Assembly: GCF_009914755.1 (NCBI RefSeq)
Contig: NC_060934.1
Reading direction: 5' to 3' (one strand)
DNA length: 64,000 nucleotides
From: the human T2T-CHM13v2.0 reference genome, Homo sapiens
How positions within the stretch are numbered: position 1 is the stretch's first letter; each line of letters begins with the position of its first letter. The translations under genes were made by a program, and so were the position numbers. The notes below the pieces were generated by a model. That model was not told where the DNA came from, did not search any database, and saw nothing but the letters and a program-made list of their open reading frames with translations. Positions 55,300 to 64,000 of this stretch are shown piece after piece.

Positions 55300-55905
55300 A
55301 CCTTACGTTAGGATGCAGGCCCAGGACCCCATAAGCCTGCTGATCAAGCCAACCCAACAAAACGGCCAGTAACAAACATGGCTATAGGCCTCCATCTTGT
55401 TTCATGTGCTTGGCAACATGACCTGTAACCACATGGCAATACTTTGTTTTAGTCTGTACCATTTTACAATGGTTGCCATCTCCTTATGCTAAGTCAGTTC
55501 CTGAATAGGGGCCACAAAATCAGATAAGCTAGTTTGTTGATCTGGATGGTGTCAGCTGTTCCATCAAGGGCAAGGTTTACAAAATATCTTAAGCACTGAT
55601 CTTGAGAGCAGTTTAAGGAGCGTCAAAATTTTTAGCATCCAGCTGCATGACTCCTAAGCCATGGTGTCCAATCTTGTGGCTAGTTACTTGGTCTGGTCCC
55701 CAGGCAAGAGGGAAATATATCTTAAGAAGGGGCTGTTATCGTCTTTGTTTTGGACTATAAACTGTAAACCAGGGTCCTCCCAAAGTTGGTTTGGCCTACA
55801 ACCAGGGATAAGCAAGGACAGCTTGGGGGTTGGAAACAAAATGGAGTTGGTTGGGTTGGATCTCTTTCACTATATCTCAGTCATAATTTTGCAATAATGG
55901 TTTCA
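55300..55905 (-). mobile_element. LTR8-like sequence, antisense, inside the provirus
   Basis: aagtcagttcctg...catgactcctaa...aaatggagttggtt...gatctctttcact...ttttgcaataatggtttca matches the reverse complement of the LTR8 5' part; left boundary uncertain. Confidence 0.65.
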
Positions 55906-58900
55906 AAAGCTGCCTTTCATCTCTTTGAAAATACCTTGTACACTCATTGTTAAGTCATAACCTAATTAAGGCTTGTTGGTTTCACCTGTGAGGTCACTTT
56001 TTGTAACGTTCAAAAGCTGAAAATCTTAACAGCTTGGTGTGGCTAAAGTTGAGTAACAAGGGATTTAAAAGGATTTTCTTAAAGAGTGCTCAGCTTAATT
56101 AAAAGTGGACATTCAAGTTATAGGTATATTTTTCTTAGTCAAATGAATTTTTTTTTTCTGTTTTTTTCTTGCCACTCTTAATGCATGTGTGAGAGGGCCT
56201 AAGATAACTTCTGGTAGCATGGGACTCCTTGGGAAAAACAAAGGAGTCGCCATAGACCCCATTCTGGGGGGAAAAAAAAAAAACACCTCTGTTTTCCTCA
56301 TGAGACCCCAGGAATTAAAAGTGGATAGTTCCCTCTCAAAACCAAAGGCTCTTTTCTGTTTTGCATTGTGTTATCTAACAGTTTTGAGTTTTGGAGATAA
56401 CAAGTTACCTCACATTAAGAGGGAGCTTTGGTGTATAAAAACTAGGTAGGAAATACATTTTAAGGGATGGCTAATAGTAGTTATAAATCAGAGAAGCATG
56501 CTCTTGGCCACCTGAAAGATATGGAAACATCCCCACCTCCAACTGAGGGATAAGCCAACTGGCTTTAGGTTGCCTTGCAATGAAATACATGGTAGAAGCA
56601 CTGACCGTCTTCTTCCATAGTATCTCCTTCCCTTTGGGGATCCAAAATCCTGTATAAAAAGGCACCCTTAATTTTGGGGAATCTGTCTTTGTCTTCAGCT
56701 GTGCCTACTTATTACGCCCTAGAAATGCATTCCTTCCTGGCCCTGTTCCTCCAAGGGCTCCACCCTGCAGCCAATAATCCAATTAAGAAACTGGCAAATG
56801 AAAAATCTTACAAATGCTGAATCTTCTGTCTGTTTGTGTCACTATATGTGTGTTGTGTGTAATGTCTATAAAAAGAGCTCTAATTGGCTTAAAGAAAAAC
56901 AAGCACTTAAATCAAATATGTTTTCATTTAAGTGACTTTAATCTTTAAGAAATAAAAATAGTCTTAAGGATTATGGGTAAAATGCAAGTGCCATCAAAAT
57001 GCAAATAGGTGGTCTAAATCATACAATTAGATACTAGCTTTGCTAAATGTGTTAAGGTTGTATACGGCCTGCTTTACAGATAGGTAAGGCCTGGGACACA
57101 TGGAGTTAGATGCTGGAAGGAGTCAGGCCTTATTGGTACTTCTGTCTGGGTCCTAGGCTCCATAGCTGGTACATAATTAAAATCACTTACTAACCAGGTT
57201 TTTCACCAAACATACAAGTTGCTATGAGTTAACAGTGCAACATGTATTTGAGATCACTAAATAGTATTACATGCAAGGAGCATAATAACAGTAAGCTATG
57301 TCTTTTTAGTAAAAGAATATAAGAAAGCATGGGAATGTAAATTTTGCCCAGGGAACGAGGGATTATGTTAAATTTGATAAGATAAAGCTAGAGGTTTAAG
57401 CAAGTTACAGAAAGATTGTAAAAATTAATCTTGCAAAAATGTGTAAGCATTAACTAAATTCAAAAGGATGTTATATGGTCTTTTCCATAAATTGAGCATT
57501 GAAATAAAAGCACAGCAAGGTCGTCCAAAAATGCTAATCTGCCCTTTATCAAAAAGGGTTATAAAGGTTTTGTAAAGATTTCACCTCGTGGTCAAATTGG
57601 TAAGATTAGGTGGAATCATCTGTAGGGTTTCATTTAAACAAATTGGGATTAACATTCATAAACTAATGCAAGGGTAAAATTTGGCTTTGAACAGGATTTT
57701 CATGTCATAATGAAGGCTAATAAAAGGTATTTATCTTTTGAGTCGTGATTTTGGCTAAATAAATAATTTATGGCAACATGGAATTCTATTTCATAAAATC
57801 AAGCGTTTTAAACCTCTAACATTTAATAAGTGCCCCAGAAGCAAACTTTAAGTTTCAAAATTGTCTTTTCTAATGCCTGGCTTTCTGGATGGTTCAGAGG
57901 GCCCCTGAAACATTCAGAAAAGAGGTGACCAGGATTATTTGACACGTTTAGTCACATGAGATTGCCAAAATGATATCCAATCTTCTTTAAGTTATATTTT
58001 GGTGAACAATTCTAATATATGTTCCAAAATTATATGGGATTTCTAAAATCCTGATGTCTGAATATATGCTCTCAATCATAATCAAGGGTGAAGTTATTGT
58101 AAGCCACAGAGATAACTAAACTTCTTTGTCAGTCATGTTTTCAACTGTAACTATCGTGGAAATTTTGTCATTCACAGACAATCGTTGTCTGCTTTGTTCC
58201 TTCTCAAAAGATTGGTTATAATCAAGCTATAAGACTTTAACAGGTCTTAGCAAATGCAGGTTTTTAATAGCTTTGAAGATTGTAACATTGGAACAGAGAA
58301 ACAACGTATGCAACTCACGAAGAACTGAAATGTTCACAAATGTCAAGCAAAACAAGGTTAACTAAATGGACTGCACTCAGAAATTAAAGCAAACTTTTTG
58401 AATATTGCTTGAAATATTGCTGATCCTTGTTTTGTTTTTCAGAGTCAAGGAAACTTATTTTGAATTATTTACAGCCTTTAATAATTGAGTAAGGTATACT
58501 CCTGTAAATAAAATTTGGAGCATATTTGTTTCTCTCTGCCTGGTACCTCTGGAATTTGGAAGCTATCTGTGGTACTCTTAACTTATGGCAATATAGTTGT
58601 TTGCATCAGTCCAATAAGAGTCCATTTTTGTTTTTCAACAGGACACAACTGGAAAAACTGATTATTTTACAAAGGCTTTGACTGGAAGGATGCATTTCCC
58701 TTTAAGGAATCAAGCTGGATGTGCAGAGCAGATAAAAGCTCCATGGGGATAACTGGCCTCATACCTTGCCTACACAGTCTCTGCACAGGGTTTCTAACCT
58801 GTGGTCAGCAAAGAATTTCACTTCCTAACAGGTCCAGGAGCTCCAAGTTTATCTTGGAACACTAAGAGAAAAGGGTCACCCAACTCACAGGTATTTGAGG

Positions 58901-59904
58901 ATAAAAACCCACGGCTGGGCTCGGCTTTAAAAGGTCTTATCTGAGATTCCTTGTGGAACAGAGTTCCATCAAGGCCAATCCAAAAGACCTACGTATAAAT
59001 AACCATTCTCACTACACTTTATGCAAATAATCAGACCAAGTATAAGACTCAAGTTTATTCTATGAACAACACAGTCCTATCATAATTTGTTTTTTTTACC
59101 AAAAATGAGGACTAGAGAAAGTATTCTCCAAAGCTTATTACACATTTGTCATTAAATCCTAGTCTCATTAGTTGTTTTTAAGCTTTTTCCTACATTTTAG
59201 ACTAACCCTGCTTATTCCTTTGAATCAAGTGGTGATCTGCTGCAGCTTAGAAGAAACAAAAAGGGGTGGATAATGTAAAAATATGGATCAATATGCTAGT
59301 TCTAGGCAGTTATCCTGCAAATTCTGCCAGATAATAAAAAGAAGGGCGCCCATAACCCAGAGGTTTCTTTGGGAAAATAAAACCAAGAAACTTCATAGAG
59401 CCCCAGAGGAAATTCTATATCTTGGCAAGTAAAATTTTGATGGAAAAATCTACTACGTCACCCTTGCAAGACAGAGCATCCCTATTGCTATGGTATTTTG
59501 CTTAATTAGTATCCTTATAGCAGGGATAATAGCTACCAACAACAAGGAAGCATGAAAGTTTTAGTATCTCTGAGTTTGCTAGAAATTCTTACTGGGTTTG
59601 GTAATATCTCACACCCTAGCTATGCAAAGAAGATTATAAAAGAAAGAGATTTTCTGTGAAAGTCATGACGGGATTGATAATGACAGGAAACATCTAGCCA
59701 AGGTTAACACTAAAGTTACTCTAGCCACCCAAATCCAAGAAAGATGTTCTTTTTTCTCTTTTCTTCTACCTATTCAACCTCTGCTCCTAAACTCCTTGTG
59801 TGTGTCTGTGTCCTAAATTTTCCTGGGGCATGATGGGCAAACCCCAGACAAATGTAGCTGCTTCATTACCATGTTTGGAAGTGCCTCATTTGTAGTATAC
59901 TCAC

Positions 59905-60870
59905 AGAGTCAACATACCCTAGTGGTTAAGATTACAATCAGATTATCTGGGTTTTAATCTGGGCTTCACTGTTATAGCAGGTATTAATAGTCAGACTTGA
60001 GCAGGGCCGGCAAACCCTCCACCCTCAACACCAGGAATGTCAAACAACTATCAGGTGATGATCAGGCAGTTGTTAAACTGTCTCAAATAATAATTGGTCA
60101 CAGCCAGAGCCAGAGAAAGGCATTCTCCCAACAGACAGAAAACACTTGAATCTGGTGATAAGCAGCTTCCCAATAAGATCAGTAGTAGGGCGAGTGAGCT
60201 AAAACATGTGCACTAAGAGGCAAAATGGCAGAGTTGAACTGATATACAACCTTCCTCTAGGAAGCACTCAACTGGTAAGGGAAAAACACCTCAATTGAGC
60301 ATGTATACAACTTCAGTAAATGCTGCATGTGCAGCCCCTCCCAAGGGCTGGCAGGCCACTGTGCATCAGGACAGCCCACCCCAAGGGAAGAATTAGGGGA
60401 GATGGGACAAAACCCCCTGGAAGTGTGCCAACATATGAAACCCTAAGTCAAAGGTCAAACCATGCATTTGAATCTCTCAAGTCACCCACTTTGCCCTCTT
60501 CTAAGTGCACTTTACTTCCTTTCATTCCTGCTCTGAAACTTCATAATAAACTTTCCCTCCTCCTCTAAAACTTGCCTTGGTCTTTTCCTCTACCTTATGC
60601 CCCTCAGTCAAATTCTTTCTTCTGAGGAGGCAAGAATTGAGGTTGCTGCAGACCCATACAGATTTGCCACTGCTAACATCACTACTTGCCAGCTATGTGA
60701 ACATAGCAAAATCTCTCAAATTTTCTGAACCTCAGTTTCTAATTTGTAAAGAAAATAATAGCAATTATTCCATAGAACCATTGAGAGAATTATGTAAGTT
60801 AACATATGTAAGGTGCTTAGAACAGGATGTGGCATATTTTAAGCACTCAGTGAATTTTAGCAACTATTAT
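59905..60870 (+). mobile_element. MIR split by the MER50-like LTR (59905-59969, 60679-60870)
   Basis: ctgggttttaatctgggcttcac|tacttgccagctatgtga...ctgaacctcagtttct continuity. Confidence 0.8.
59970..60678 (+). mobile_element. MER50-like solo LTR
   Basis: TGTT...AACA, 709 bp, TSD TCAC (59966-59969, 60679-60682). Confidence 0.85.
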
Positions 60871-60992
60871 AATTATATATAATTTATATAATATTTATAT
60901 AAAATATATAAAATATATAAAATATTATATAAAATATAATTTATATAATATTTATATAAAATATATATAATTTAGCAACTATTATAATTATA
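60856..60992. repeat. 22-bp direct repeat flanking a pure A/T tract
   Basis: tttagcaactattataattata at 60856-60877 and 60971-60992. Confidence 0.9.
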
Positions 60993-61228
60993 AATATAGG
61001 TAAGCTATATTATAATGGAATTTTATTCTGTTTCCAAAACATAAATGGGCTCACTAGCATTCAATAATACAGCCTATTAAGATGTAGAATAATGGTATAT
61101 CCACAAAAAAAATACCCATCTTGGAAGTATGGTATATCATTTCTCCATCTTTTTTTTAATATATTTTTGCTATATAGAAGAAGAAGGAGGGGAGGAAAAG
61201 GAGGACAGCTGAGAAATTATCAGTGTTT

Positions 61229-61409
61229 AGGCAGACATTGTGGCACATGCCTGTAGTCCCAGCCACTCAGGAGGCTGAGGCAGGAGGATGAGTTGAGCCA
61301 AGTTTGAGGCTCCAGTGAGCTGTGATGACACCAATGCACTCCAGCCTAGGTGATGCAATGATACATGCTCTGTAAAATTTTTTTTTAAAACAACAAATTT
61401 GAAAAAAAA
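61229..61409 (+). mobile_element. Alu monomer (FRAM/FAM-like or AluJ right arm)
   Basis: Single Alu arm; TSD-like gaaatt(a/g)tca..gtg. Confidence 0.8.
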
Positions 61410-63584
61410 GGAAATTGTCACAGTGAGAACTGTCAAATGCTAAGAGCATTCTATTTATAATGTATTGACCCTTCATCCACTTTTTTTGATAAAATTGAAA
61501 TTTTGAAGCCCTTTTCAAATTCTCTCAGACTCATTACAGCACATTTTAACCACAAAATTATACTCACTAGTTTATCAAAAACAAAACTTTATAAAACCAT
61601 GATCATGAGCCAAATGGAAGAATCTTTTTTCACCTCTACTGGTTCATAAGGGTTAGACCAGGAAGTCAATTTCTACAGCAGATATTGAAGGTCTCTATAT
61701 GTTTTGGGGCCCCTCATTGGCCAACAATTTAAGTACAGATTTAGTTTACAGATTTTCTGTCACTCATGAGAGTACGTTGAAAGTATTTTCACTCAGGATA
61801 AACTTCTGTGACACTGGAAGAAAACAGTTGTAAAAGATATATTTGTTACCTAACACAATATAAAGGAAATATCAGGCTTAATTACTTTATTATACTGAAA
61901 ATCGAAGTTTATTTTATGTCCCAAGATAGATTAATATGCTTGAATAGCTGGAGTGCTGCCACAGTCTGAAATACCCAGATAATTTCTGACTGTCCCCAGC
62001 ATTCGTGCTTTCTGATTGTAGTCCTACAGGGTATTGGAAACACACGTATAATCATAAGATCATTACAAAAAAGACTGATTCATTTTAGCCCTCACCTCAT
62101 TGTGGTGATACCAAGAGTATTTATCAGCCTTTCTGAATAATATTTATCCCACCTAAAGTGTATACAACAGATATTTTTCTGGTGAAACTAATGAATAAAT
62201 ACATATTTCATTGACCACCTTTTGCCATGTACTTTCTCACCACTGACTCTAAACCACTACCCATATTTGTTGTTAGCACACAACAAAAGCACCATAGGAT
62301 AATTACCCTGTCACTTAGGAAGCAACTGTAACTTCCTTGGTAATGGGATGTTGGTCTGTAGGTGCAATGCAGAAAGTTTCAGAAGACAGAATACTTGCTG
62401 ATTAATATAAAGAAATGATGATGATTTCTTAAGGCAAATATGAATAGTTTCTAAAAATTAAGACCAATCAGAAATTAAGCCCATTTGTGGGAAAAGGCAA
62501 GCTGCAAAATAAATGAACTGCAGAGAAACACTAATCCCATATTAGTTAGTCTTCTTACCTTCTCCCTATTAAATAATTTTTAAGCTGCCATCAAGAAGTC
62601 AACATACTATGTGACATTTACCATATTTAATTAAAATTAAAGGAATAAGGGAGAGAGTACATACATACACACACACACACACACTCACAAACTGTAAATC
62701 ACCAGAGAAACAGCCAAAAGGAAGGTAGCTAAAGGAAAAAGTAGAAGCTCTTGGGAGCCTGGATAATGCTGATCAACTGGGTAGATGACATCAGTAAAGT
62801 GTAAATGCCAAAGTTTATCTAAAACCATCAGTAGATGAGGCGAAGTTGATTATATAAAATTGAAAACTATACTAAAGATCATTATTTTAATGACATACAA
62901 AACTATAAATTTAAGAGATTCCTGAAGGAAGTGATTGGAATGAAACTGAATGAAAATCCATTCATAGAGATTTTTTTAAACCACGTCGGGTCAAAGAAAA
63001 GCAAGTTCATGGTAAGAAATCATCTTACACTGACAAGGGAGGGACGAATTTTCCTTTTAGCTTTTCCTAGATATGTTTGTTTCTTGTTGGTCAATTTTCA
63101 GTCTATGGAGTGTTTTATAGTGAGAAATTATTCAGCAAGCTATATGCTTGAGATTCTTTAATTCACTTCTCCTTTTACTGAACCAGACTGTATTCATAAA
63201 TCACTGAACCTTTGCCACCTTAGTTTTACATTTCAGCTCCAGTATAGTCTTGGGTGTTTTTGCTATTGTCCTAGTCAATTTTTAATTCTGTATGAATGCA
63301 GAAGGAAAGATATTTATCTCGAGTAAATGTCAAAAATTACATTTTGAATTAGCATGCTTTGAATTCCTGACCTGTTTTGACCTCTGTTTGTTCCATTTGT
63401 GATAGTATATTTGTGATTCAGATACAGTATTTGCAGAAAATCAAGTCTCTGAAAAGTTTCTGTTTTTTAAATGCATCTATAATTAGAGAAAGTTTACAAA
63501 TAGTTATATTTGAATGTCTTTAAAAAGCAAAGGCTTTCTGTAGACTTTTAAAAATATTTATGCTTCTACCCCAGATTTTTTTGA

Positions 63585-64000
63585 AAAAGCAGCATTATTG
63601 AGGTAATTAAGTAATTAACATACAATGAATTATACATATTTAGTGTGCACACCGTGATAAGTTTTGACATAATTCCTCCATTCCACCCTTTTTTGTTCCC
63701 ACCATGTACAAGCAACTACTGATCTACTATCAGTCACTAAATATTAGTTAGTAAACACTAAAATTGTACAGAAATGTAATCATACACTATGTGCTTTGTG
63801 TAAGTTTGTGTGTGTATGTGTAGGCTTCTTTCACTCAACATAAGTATTTTGGGATCCTTCCCATTGTAGCATTTATCAAGAGCTCATTCCTTTTTATTGC
63901 TGAGCAGTACTTCATTGTATATGGATATATCAGTTTGTTTATCCATTCGCCTATTGATGAACATTTAGGTTGTTTCCAGTTTGGGGCTATTGCGAAAGAA
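63585..64000 (-). mobile_element. L1ME-like 3' end, running off the window
   Basis: attattgaggtaattaa...tgtttatccattcgcctattgatgaacatttaggttgtttccagtttggggct. Confidence 0.85.

Larger units (their letters stand above)
52271..59865 (+). mobile_element. LTR9/HUERS-P3-like defective provirus: 5'LTR 52271-52860, 3'LTR truncated to about 59741-59865
   Basis: TSD TTAC (52267-52270, 59866-59869); 3' piece repeats the last ~125 bp of the 5'LTR; PBS-Pro; gag remnant. Confidence 0.85.

Noticed and set aside
59552-59660. Co-opted env gene
   Set aside because: Only ~35 codons before a stop; the remainder is deleted
61410-63580. Unique AT-rich stretch with a 76-aa ORF and a short (CA)n
   Set aside because: No coding signature, recognisable domain or coherent splice structure

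Overview
AT-rich primate (human-like) genomic DNA made almost entirely of interspersed repeats. No intact cellular protein-coding gene, RNA gene or CRISPR array can be supported, and nearly all ORF-track entries are Alu, L1 or LTR read-throughs. Main contents: (1) a GC-rich, stop-interrupted probable processed-pseudogene fragment fused to a 5'-truncated AluY (about 0.44-2.03 kb, parent not identified); (2) several nested L1s, including an internally deleted L1PA8-10-like copy with intact TSDs, an L1PB1-like insert with a sense-antisense-sense structure, and an L1MC1-like element split by an L1PB; (3) a complete THE1D-like MaLR element; (4) a full-length but dead L1PA6/7-like element (43036-49180) that keeps an open 128-codon antisense ORF0 pointing at a well-formed candidate minus-strand exon just outside its 5' end; (5) an ERV1 cluster with three nested LTRs (innermost a MER41B-like LTR with both GAS motifs), an LTR9/HUERS-P3-like provirus with a tRNA-Pro PBS, and a MER50-like solo LTR. 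Subfamily names come from recalled consensus sequences and need Dfam/RepeatMasker confirmation. I found no convincing new biological system; the best leads are the ORF0/exon arrangement and the unusual retrotransposition structures.
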